Shown piece by piece: positions 45,816-55,459 of a stretch of 64,000 nucleotides of DNA. The stretch lies in the NCBI GenBank assembly GCA_000002445.1, contig CH464491.1:1824001-1888000 (forward strand), written 5' to 3'. How positions within the stretch are numbered: position 1 is the first letter of the stretch; every line of letters begins with the position of its first letter. Origin of the DNA: Trypanosoma brucei (Eukaryota). Below the pieces are notes generated by a model. That model ran no database searches, was not told the origin of the DNA, and saw nothing but the letters and a program-made list of their open reading frames with translations. Both the position numbers and the translations under genes were made by a program.

Positions 45816-48800
45816 TTAATCCCTGTTAAGGTCAACGTTTTGTGTCGGAACTATACCCGCTTGTGCGTTACCCTCTTTGCGAAATGCAATCGCCCTCATT
45901 GCAAGCAGGTAGTCTTTCTCGCCGGACGAAATTGTTTTATTGAAGCCACGGTCATTATCCAAAATCCCTTGGAATGTTGAGCAAGCCTTGGGAACAACAA
46001 CAAGTCCACACTCCCGCCCTACAGCAACGAGAAAATCAACCGGAACGACGTTGACTTTTTTGAAATGACCCTTCTGCACCGAAAGCAGAAAGTGATTTCC
46101 CACCCTTGGTAAGAAATCTGCGGCCCACTCAATCGCAAAAACACCGTTACCAAAACTGCCTTTAGCAAATAATGGCTCAACATCGAAGAAGCAACCTATA
46201 AATACCCCACCGGGAATTAGGGCATTGGCCACGCTTTCGATAAGCCGCATCGCGGTGTACTCTGTTCCGAATGCATGATGAAATCCGGCAAACGCAGTTA
46301 TGACATGAAATTGTCTTGGGTGGATCTTCGTCAAGTGGTGACTCCAAAAGTTTGCAGAGAACACATCGGCACAGATAACGTCATAAAATGACATCTCTGT
46401 CATTTCATGGCGTAATGAAGAAATGAGCTCGCTCGCAGCATCCACGACACTCGACTTCAAATCGAAACCAATGTACCGAGCCGTTTTGTTCCTTATCCAT
46501 TTTCTTAAAAGGTATCCCCCACAGCAAATCTCAAGCACGTCATTCGTGGCCACCTTAGGAGTTATTATATCTATGAGTAAAGATGCGCACCGGGTTAAGA
46601 CATGGGTTGCAAACGATGCATTTTCCGGTGGGGGGGCCAAATATCCAATTTCTGCTTTCAAGTTAGTAGCAGAAAATGTGCCCCAACAGTTATCACAATA
46701 GAAGTGTTGGTTTAGGGTGTCATTCTTTCCCATAACACAGAACCGACCACAGTATAGACAATCCCCATGGCCTGTTTCGCTCCAGCACTTTTTGCACCAA
46801 TACGCCATGTGCTTCACGTTCATTCTTCCTACGTCACTTACGTTATGACACCTTCCACACCTGTATTTGGCAGCGTCAAGTAGCCACAGCATTTCCTTAT
46901 GCGTCAATCCAGGCACATGAACAAGTCTCTCAACGATGTCGAACGTATCTGGCTGGTACCCCATATCCGGACCACGGCCCCGAAGCAACTCCCACCAATG
47001 AGAACCATCGTCACTTCGCTTTAGGACGCATTCGATGACGGAGCCGCTCCTAAGCTCGGGGGCAGAGTCCCATATATAGTCAACATATTCATTGTTATAA
47101 GACATGGTATTCTTACCGCTGTCAGCCACAAGAAGCCACGCCCGTTTTACATCTCCACTCTCTGGATGGACATTTTCAACGTCACCAACAATAAACACCG
47201 CAGTTGTCGAGGATGTAGGGATCCAGCTATAAACCGAGGTATCTTTCTCTTTGCAGTTGGTAACGTGAGGCACAAAAACTAAGCCCAATGTTGGATGTCC
47301 TGCCGGTGGGTTTCTAAGTAAGCGCTCAGCTTGAGTTGAAACGGTATATATTGTCCGGACAATGGCAACCCGATTGGGGCTCGTGTGTGGACGGCTTGCG
47401 TAATTGTCAAGCAAACACTTTTCCACGTAAAACCACCGCTCTGGAAAGGGTAGCTCTCGCACGTCAGCTTCTTCAAAAGATAGAATATCCTCCACTATTA
47501 TGACATAATCCAGGTAACTTCGGTAGGAAGAAGCAACGACAGCAGAAAAAACGCTATTTTTCGCCCTTCCACCCAGCCCCCGAAAGTAATCTGGAAGTGC
47601 AGAAATGCTTCCCGTCTTAACGTCTACACAAAAAACATCCCCCTCGCTATTTGTAATCAGTAGTACATTTGCTCCCACGGTCTTACTCCGTACATAGTAC
47701 GGGTATTTGGAAAATTCTTCTGCTGCCGCAGCAAACGTCATTCTGTTGAGTGGGACTGGGACACAATTAACAGGAAGCCACTTCTCCGCTATTTTGTGAG
47801 CGTATTCGTATTGAGCAAACGTAATGGACCTTCTGAAGTGCTGGGGAACATAACCAAAGCAAGTGCTCGACATGTCGAATGACCGACCCGCAGCCAGCAC
47901 ATAGTTTAGCGTCGCATTCAAAAACCAACCGTCTGCTTCCGTGCACAGCGTCACACCAAATTCCTTTCGCAACGTTGTATCGCTCACACAAACACCCGAA
48001 ACGCTGGCTGCCGTATCATCACACAGATCCCCAACGAATGCCAGCATATCAAACACTGGACAAACTAACGTCCCTACGTGGTGAGAATAATCGATATTAA
48101 TGTTAACATGAACAACAGTTGGCTTCGGCCAGTCATTTTGTTCCTTCAGAAGTGACAAAAAATGTGTTTCGTATTCTTTTAAACTGGATAATGTACGTGA
48201 AACATCACATGGATACAAAGAAACAAAAAATGACCGATCAGGCTTGCCATCTGATAGCAACTTCTTGCTTGCATCATCCCCTATCGAGACAACCACGGTG
48301 AGAGGAACTTGCATGCTACAAGCAAATGATGCTACGGCATTTACCTCTGTAATACGGAGGGGATGAAAGTTAATTCCCAATAGAGCCGTCTGGAAAAAGT
48401 GAACATCTTCCGGTTGCGGGATGATTATCGACACAAAAAAGTAGTGGCGGTGGGTGCCAGCGTATCGCCTACTTGATGATGTTCCACAGAAAGATCCCAC
48501 GTAACCCACCGCCAAAACCCGAGGATCCTCTCGAAGTGTCCAGAAGTAGTCGTCCCAAGCAGCTTTCAGCTGAGGTGCAACCTCAGCACCGCACTCCTTA
48601 GGAACCTCAACACGAACCAGAAAACCAGGTGCCGCGCTAATGGCACATATGTCGGACACAGTGCCTGTAAGTGACAAAATGGAGCGGGATAGTAGAATTC
48701 CAGTTGGTGCCTCGGTGCCAGAACAATATCCAGCATTCTTCACATTACTGAAGAATGTGGTAGTAAATACCTGTAAAGCATCATCGCCTGGGCCTCCGTG

Positions 48801-48989
48801 GGAATAACTACAGAGTAACCTCTTCGTTAAGAGTTGAAATAATCCACTTGTTTCTTCGGATTCTTTCGTAGCATCATATTTTCTGATGGTTGGTAACATT
48901 AAAAGATACCGGTAAAAATTGCTCCTGTGCGGTGCTCCGTGATCTCCAGCGGCTTGGGGGACGAAGGACCTGGCATTTGCGTTCAACAT
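45816..48989 (-). CDS. Cgm1-like bifunctional mRNA capping enzyme (putative guanylyltransferase region plus C-terminal cap guanine-N7 methyltransferase)
   Basis: The C-terminus has VLEICCGGYLLRKWIRNKTARYIGFDL, which matches the cap N7-MTase AdoMet motif VLDLGCGKGGDLxKW. Upstream segments resemble nucleotidyltransferase motifs IV-VI (GLVFVPH; ...VLKRSDDGSHWWELLRGRGPD ~ WxxxRxRxD). The 1057 aa length and domain order fit the trypanosomatid Cgm1 described in the literature. A Cys/His cluster sits between the two domains. Confidence 0.55.
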   Translation of the reverse strand: MLNANARSFVPQAAGDHGAPHRSNFYRYLLMLPTIRKYDATKESEETSGLFQLLTKRLLCSYSHGGPGDDALQVFTTTFFSNVKNAGYCSGTEAPTGILLSRSILSLTGTVSDICAISAAPGFLVRVEVPKECGAEVAPQLKAAWDDYFWTLREDPRVLAVGYVGSFCGTSSSRRYAGTHRHYFFVSIIIPQPEDVHFFQTALLGINFHPLRITEVNAVASFACSMQVPLTVVVSIGDDASKKLLSDGKPDRSFFVSLYPCDVSRTLSSLKEYETHFLSLLKEQNDWPKPTVVHVNINIDYSHHVGTLVCPVFDMLAFVGDLCDDTAASVSGVCVSDTTLRKEFGVTLCTEADGWFLNATLNYVLAAGRSFDMSSTCFGYVPQHFRRSITFAQYEYAHKIAEKWLPVNCVPVPLNRMTFAAAAEEFSKYPYYVRSKTVGANVLLITNSEGDVFCVDVKTGSISALPDYFRGLGGRAKNSVFSAVVASSYRSYLDYVIIVEDILSFEEADVRELPFPERWFYVEKCLLDNYASRPHTSPNRVAIVRTIYTVSTQAERLLRNPPAGHPTLGLVFVPHVTNCKEKDTSVYSWIPTSSTTAVFIVGDVENVHPESGDVKRAWLLVADSGKNTMSYNNEYVDYIWDSAPELRSGSVIECVLKRSDDGSHWWELLRGRGPDMGYQPDTFDIVERLVHVPGLTHKEMLWLLDAAKYRCGRCHNVSDVGRMNVKHMAYWCKKCWSETGHGDCLYCGRFCVMGKNDTLNQHFYCDNCWGTFSATNLKAEIGYLAPPPENASFATHVLTRCASLLIDIITPKVATNDVLEICCGGYLLRKWIRNKTARYIGFDLKSSVVDAASELISSLRHEMTEMSFYDVICADVFSANFWSHHLTKIHPRQFHVITAFAGFHHAFGTEYTAMRLIESVANALIPGGVFIGCFFDVEPLFAKGSFGNGVFAIEWAADFLPRVGNHFLLSVQKGHFKKVNVVPVDFLVAVGRECGLVVVPKACSTFQGILDNDRGFNKTISSGEKDYLLAMRAIAFRKEGNAQAGIVPTQNVDLNRD

Positions 48990-50611
48990 TGCTACCGCTT
49001 ACTTACTTTCCCCTTTTAAACTTATCCACTCCGATCTAACCTTTGATTTTTTTTAAAAAAACCGACACCGTTATCGTTTTCCCCTTACTAACAGTATGAA
49101 GGTAAAGAAGGTGGACTGCATAATTTTGAAATAACGTGGCGACGAAAACGAACAAGCTCCCAATATATAATGGATATTCATCACAAGGAGGAGAAATTGT
49201 ACCCAGATGTAAGCAGCGGTCAATGTCCACGAGCGCAAGGGCAGCAACTACCTGTCCTTTAAATAATGAGGATCTGCGTGTACTCTTCGGCGGCAAGGGA
49301 GCAAGCACAGCTCCGACACACCAAGGGAATAGCTCGCATAACCGGTTACGTGCGCTAGTGTACTGCCTAAGGTAGACAGAGTTTTCCACACAGAAAAAAA
49401 GAGTATGGGCTTAGAATAACCTCACCGTGGGGTGACTTAGGGAAATCAGGAGGCACCACAAACACCGACAAAACTTCGCGTATTTACTCGGCCGCAAGGC
49501 GCACAAGACCACCACTAGCCCAACCGTTGAAGTGGATCAAGCCAACTCAAGAGTCTTGAATAGCGAAACAAGCAACGTAGCCATAACACGGGCAGTTTCC
49601 TTCGCCGCCGCTCCGGGAGAAGGGTATAAAGTAGCCGCAGTAAAAACCCGACACTGGCAAAACCAGAGACGCATCCCCGGCTTCTGCAAACCTTAAAGGG
49701 AGACCGAAGGGTGCGGGGCGTAGAAATCCAGCACATACATATACGACCACCCACCTGTACCCCGACTCACAAGCGGTCCAAAACATCACAACGTCGCGCT
49801 CTGCTGTCCTGAACACTCGGTAACACACACTTCCCCGCCAACGAATACCCACCCCGCGCGAGTCAACCACCGCACCAACTCACACAATGAAGCAGCAGCA
49901 ACACGCTTCCAGGTCAGCCAATCGGTGGGCACGCGGACCCTCAGAACACACCCATCACCCCAAATACGCTGGCCACACGGAGCTGCACCACTCGGACGCT
50001 CACTCAGCACCGAAACGGCCGCACCAAGAATGCGTAGATTTTTGTTTGTTACTGCGCGTGTTTTGGAAGTGCGCACAGGGGGTCCGTCTCTCGAGTCAGT
50101 ATCTCAGTAAAGAATCGGCTGTACGGGCTTCGGGGAGTTGAAACCACCGCCCTTCCACCTCAACACAAGCCTGGTGGTGAAGCAAGCTGCTGGCGCTCGA
50201 CTTTCCCCTTCTATCGCAGGTTAGTGAACTCAGGCAGCGGCACCAAGGATGGAAAAGAAGCAACATCTTCCCCCTTTCTTCAAAATGTATTCCTTCAAGG
50301 ATCGACAACTTGCCACGCTGCAGATCCTGCGGGTCAAACGGACGGTGAATAAAGGAAAGTGGGATATACTTCCCTAACGGACTTTGTTGCCTGGCCCCTT
50401 TTTCGCCCATCTTTTTCGATTTTTTTTTTTGGAAGCAAAAACGGATGCAAAAAAAAAAAAACAGGTTGGAACTCGCGGGCACCGAGACATTCGAAAAGGG
50501 GAAAGATGTTTTGCCAGCAGATACCGAAAATATCCTCAGAGGTCGAAATCCGCTACTGAGCACTTTCCTCCAAATATAATGACGAGAATTATCTTCGCTG
50601 CTGCGCCTGCC

Positions 50612-50682
50612 GCGCCGTTGGTCTAGTGGCATGATGGTACCCTCCCAAGGTATTGACCCGGGTTCGATTCCCGGACGGCGCA
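50612..50682 (+). tRNA. tRNA-Gly (anticodon CCC)
   Basis: A 71-nt cloverleaf: acceptor GCGCCGT/ACGGCGC, D-arm with AGTGG, anticodon stem GTACC/GGTAT with loop CTCCCAA (anticodon CCC), T-arm CCGGG-TTCGATT-CCCGG, discriminator A. It is near-identical in pattern to eukaryotic tRNA-Gly-CCC (GCGCCGCTGGTGTAGTGG...GACCCGGGTTCGATTCCCGG.CGGCGCA). CCA is not encoded. Confidence 0.9.
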
Positions 50683-50684
50683 TC

Positions 50685-50689
50685 TTTTT
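50685..50689 (+). terminator. Pol III oligo(T) terminator immediately 3' of tRNA-Gly
   Basis: TTTTT begins 3 nt after the discriminator base. Confidence 0.6.
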
Positions 50690-53600
50690 CGCGTCACTCC
50701 TCTTTTCGAGCCTTCAACCGGATTGTGCGGCTTTTCTATCCACACCTCGAAAATGTATGGCGAACGCTGTCGCCACCATCTTCCCAAACGTATGAACGGG
50801 AAAAACAACCAAACAACCAACATATGAGAGTCGCTTCCTCCACTCCACAATTACGGCCCCTTCCGCACATTTCGCTTGCGGAATCGCCAAACAGCACACC
50901 ACCAGCGTCTATCCCAGACCTTTCCAGCCCATCGTTTTCTCATTCAAGGTATATCGGCATTGTTCCCATACTCTGCCTGTGGCACCCTGCTTGGTGCCAT
51001 GTTCCTTAGCGTACTCGCAAGCCGCTATCTCTATCTTGTAGCAACCACCAGTGCATTCAGCTTTTCGGGCAGTTTAAAATTTTCAATTGCCATCTTCCGC
51101 CGAGCCACGCGTTCCGCGCGACGAATACTCTTTCTTGGGCACAGGAGGGTGTGGAAAAAGAGAGTTCCAATGGGGAGGCAGTGAATTCCGAAGAATGCAA
51201 AGCCAATGGCATGGTTGTGTAGGCGCGAACACCGTCTTTATCGATGGAGATGGCATTGCAACCATTTCCCCCTTACGTGAAGATGGAATAGCGGGGAGGC
51301 CCCTACAGACACCATATTAACGCCAAGGTGGCGCCTATAGCCTCGTCATTGTGCTTGGCTCTTGCGCTCTTTCAAGGGTGAGGCCAAGCGCCGGGGTGCT
51401 TCCTAAATATTTGCATTTGAAGCGTGCAGGTGCTCAACAGCCACTAGGCAAGTGGAAAGAAACGATGGCATCGGCTCTCGGGAGAGAGTGCGGTTGCCTT
51501 TCAGCCATGCTGAGCTTATGGGCCTGCTTCTTCAGGTGCCTGTCCGCTGCTGTTATTATTTAGGGCGAAAGTCAGGCGGAGCTTAGGTTCGATTCTCAGT
51601 GGATAGCAATGGAATGCCTCTTGCCCCTTTCAGAAGAAAGACCGAGCTCTGGCAAGGCACCTGCTGCGATGCCGGGGCTGTTTTTTGCACTTTTTGTGAA
51701 GCGTATTTGGTCCTGAAGAAGGAAAGACACGTTAGCAGCAAGACCAAAAAATATCAGAACAACCAAAGGCCTTCAAAAGAAGGGGACGTGTCCGCACCCT
51801 TTTTTTTAAAAAAAAGAGAAAAAGGATAAATGCCTCAAAGCCTGCAACAAATTGGAGGGTGCAAAAGAACATCTGCTAAATCAATGCTTGGCCGGGGGGG
51901 GGGTAGAAGGGCACGCCCGTCCAAGCCTATTTTCAAAAACCAGTTGCCGTTGCGAAACCAACGCTGGTTACCATGTTCCACGCAAGGCCCGATGACAACG
52001 GGCGCGGATGCAAAGACAGTGGGCTATGATATCTATTCAAAAGCCCAAAGCTGCGCCGCTGACTCCGTTGTGAAACGGCGCTTGGAATGGGAAACATGAC
52101 TCGCTAACGAATGGGTAGGCGACAAGAAAGTCGCCACACTGTAAACCATACCCGGCGCCGAGCGTGAAAAAATATAAAAGTGAGGCGCCGGTCTGGAGTT
52201 CGAAACCGAACCGAAGTAGTAACCGCCGTTAAATAAAGCTCGAAGCAAGCATCCGTAGGGACAGCTATTGAGTCCGTTTGTGCCGTCATAGACGTCTACT
52301 ATTCGCATGGAATAGCACCGATTGGGCAACTCGGCGGCAAATATGCGTCTAGGAAGTTCATCCACGGTTTTTAATATTACCGTAGGATGACGGATGGGAT
52401 GGGCAACGCAATTTCCCCCTCAATCCGCATGGAATCAATGAAAGCAACTGGCGAAGGAAATGAGTTGGTGCCATCTTTCTGGATTCAAGAAATGCCGGAT
52501 ATGGAAGCAGATGCTGAAAATTGTGCGAATTGCAGGAAAAAGGGAACAAAAATTTGCAAAGCTAAAACAAGTGCTGAAGGAGGTGGCCGCAGAACAATGG
52601 AGGAGGTAAGGGCTAGAAACAGAATTCAAAAAATAAATCAAGGGACCGGAACCTGATAAACTCGCTGCTTGTTCTGAGGTTGTTGAGCACGCCCATTGTA
52701 GTGACTAATGGTCTGAGGTTATCAAAGAATCAGCGGGCGATTGAGCTCTGGGATACATGGAAGGGAAACCGAGAGAATACGATACGAATGGCATCACGGG
52801 CGTTATTGCTTGGAGCAGCGGGGAGGTTTTAGGTCCATACCATTTGCCATGGTAGAGTTCAAACTAGTGTTTGGTGAATTCCCCACCGGCATCGCTTCTG
52901 GTTGGAAAAAAAAACAAACAAACATAAGGAGGGATTGTAGAAACTTGGCAACAACACGGGCACTCGCAGCAGTGATCTATAACTTGTGCTGGAAACAAAA
53001 CCTGATACCGCAGCTGCTGCGCAGAAGAGCATCATTTCTTTTTCATTGAATCCAAACAAACCAAAAAGAAAGGGGTGATGCCCCTCCGTTTTCCAACCGC
53101 AGCAGGTAAGGATCCGCAGACTGAAGGATAGAGAAATTTCAAGCATGTCGAGATTACCCTCTTCAGACAAGGCCAGCGAGCTTCAGACGTGGACTCTCAG
53201 CATTAGACGTCAGAGCGTGACCACCTGCTTTAATAAACAGAGGGGGGGGGGAGGAACGAGAGAAAGCGGTTACTGTGTTTATTGATTATCCCCGATGGGT
53301 TGGCACAGTGTAACGTGACTGCGTCATCGCGGCACTAAATCGCTACAAAGTGGTTCCGTTCCTGACGGAATGGAAGAGACGGTTCCTCCCCAATTCTGAG
53401 GTCAACATGGGGGCGAACAACACGCAGTCAAAAACTAGGCCATTTTAACATGCGGCGGTGCTGCGGGGATCTGCCCTGCGGTGAGCGCCGTCTCTCGTCG
53501 CGATGAAATCCCTACGCAAACGGTTGAATAAAGCTTACGAAACTAGTCATGATTTCCTTTCGAACGGCTTCATCACCTTTGGCACACACACAGATTTTAA

Positions 53601-54141
53601 AAAAGAAATGTCGAGGACACCCCTGAGCAGGGAGTTGGCCGTCACCCCCAGTGGTCTAGAGAGCACCATGCTCAGTTGCCTGAGAAAACGGAATATGCAT
53701 ACTTTGGGGCCAGGCATCTTTGCACCCTCAACTTCCACATAAATAACAAAACAAATAATGAAAAGGAAAGGCCCCAAATTACCGGGGATTCCATGCAGCT
53801 GGAAGGGGGGATGTGACCCCACACGCCCAAACTGCGGGAGATAAAATCGACAAAGTTGACCCCGCGTTTTAGGCATCCCTATTGGAGCCCCTCGTGGGCG
53901 GAGAAAAATTCGACCACTCGCTTCTAGCGCAAAAGGTTGATGCGCCACAACAATATTTGTACGAATGGCTCCGATCCCCCACGCCTCACACGTCTACTCT
54001 ATGAAATTACCTTTGTTTTGTCGGAATTCATCATTGCGGCGCGGCCGAACGCACGACGCAACAGCCGTTGTTGGACAAGTTGCACCGGGTGAGTGGCTAC
54101 GAAACGCGCAAACGACCAAACAACCCTCTTGGGCCTTTTTG

Positions 54142-54186
54142 TTATTATTATTACTATTATTATTATTATTATTACTATTTTTTTGG
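54142..54186. repeat. Imperfect (ATT)n repeat ending in T7 G6
   Basis: gttattattattactattattattattattactattttttt gggggg. Confidence 0.9.
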
Positions 54187-54741
54187 GGGGTCGACCTCAA
54201 CGTGTCACTGGGGACGGAACAGAATTTTGGGACGTTTTAGGATCAAACATCCGCCCATGCGGCACCCATTCCATAATTTCAAGACACACTCGGTTTTGTT
54301 TGAGAGCTCTTGAGTGTGTGGATAAAAAATTTCCCACTGCCGTTTTCCCGAACTCGTCACAGCTGAGGCCTTAGAGATCTTTACGATCAGTCGCTACACC
54401 TCTGCTATCGAGTGCGTTCGGTGTGGTTGCCGGCTCCGCCTTGAGAGTCCACATTCCACGTCCTCGACCAATCAAAAAGTATTGGTGACTCCTTGTGGAA
54501 CCGGTGCATCTTTTTTTTTTTCTTCAGCAGAAGTAAAAGCTTTTGTCCACCATACAACCTGTTGCCCCAATGAAACATTTACCAGATCATCGCCCAATTT
54601 CTTTAATGACCCGCGGGGCCGCAGGTGGCGTAAGCAAGCCGTCGCTTTTCTGAACGTTTAAACTCTCTGTTTCGACCGGAAAGTTGTAACTCATTGGTGG
54701 ATTGACCAACGACCCACACGACGCATCAGCCGCTGGCGGTG

Positions 54742-54767
54742 ATATATGTGTATATATATATATATAT
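54742..54767. repeat. (TG)2(TA)11 microsatellite
   Basis: Read directly from the sequence. Confidence 0.9.
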
Positions 54768-55459
54768 TTCCCTCATCCATAAAAAATCCACATGAAGGAT
54801 TGATGTAAAAAAAAAAGCAAAGCAAGGGATGACCTTTTCCTTGCATGCGGCTTCCTTAGGGGAATTCACCTTTACAACCCCTCTTTGCCTATGCCTGGAG
54901 TGGCTAACTTGTCCTTCGTCAAAGTCCGTAGCCGCGCAGAATGTTATTTTTAGTACCAACGGTGCGGTTAACAGTGATGAAAGGTTTCCGCAAAACAGAT
55001 GTTGCTTAAGCTGCTGGCGCTAGGGGAAATAAAGTTTAAGCACTTCCTCAGTTTCCACAGCGCTAACATCTCCGTCGCTTTTCTCATTTGCTCAGTGTGC
55101 CTATCATAGGTGGTGATGTACTGAAGCGGCACCAAGCAGTTTCACTACCCGCGCTTGCTTCAGACCGTAAGTACGGCGTCTAAAAAAAAAAAAAAGTAGC
55201 TATAGCAAATAGATCATCGGAAAGAATGGTCAACATAAGCGATATTTTTAGCAGCACTCTTGGTGGGTCAACAAATGGGACTCCGTCGCACCTTGTCGCG
55301 TTCCGCCCTCTCGCGTTGAACGGCTTTTAGCGTTCTGTTACCGTGCATGCTTATCCTTAAAAACCCTTTCTTTCCCTCAGACCTTCGGTAATTCATATCC
55401 TTACGTTAATCGCTTCCTCCTTCCCACCTCTTTCTTGCGTCTACCCTTCACGGGGCGCT

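Noticed and set aside
49400-50600. Spliced-leader RNA, 5S rRNA, U2, U4 and U6 snRNA genes next to the tRNA
   Set aside because: I looked for remembered diagnostic strings (SL exon AACGCTATTATTAGAACAGTTTCTGTACTATATTG, U6 ACAGAGAAGATTAGCA, 5S GTACGACCATAC, U2 TCTTCTCGGCTAT) on both strands and did not find them. Unidentified small RNAs remain possible, and a homology search is needed.
50096-50850. Minus-strand ORFs 50096-50683 and 50623-50850 (MRRPGIEPGSIPWEG..., ...VRESNPG...)
   Set aside because: GIEPGS and ESNPG are the classic out-of-frame translation of the tRNA T-arm (GGTTCGATTCCCGG). These ORFs cross the tRNA-Gly gene and are artefacts.
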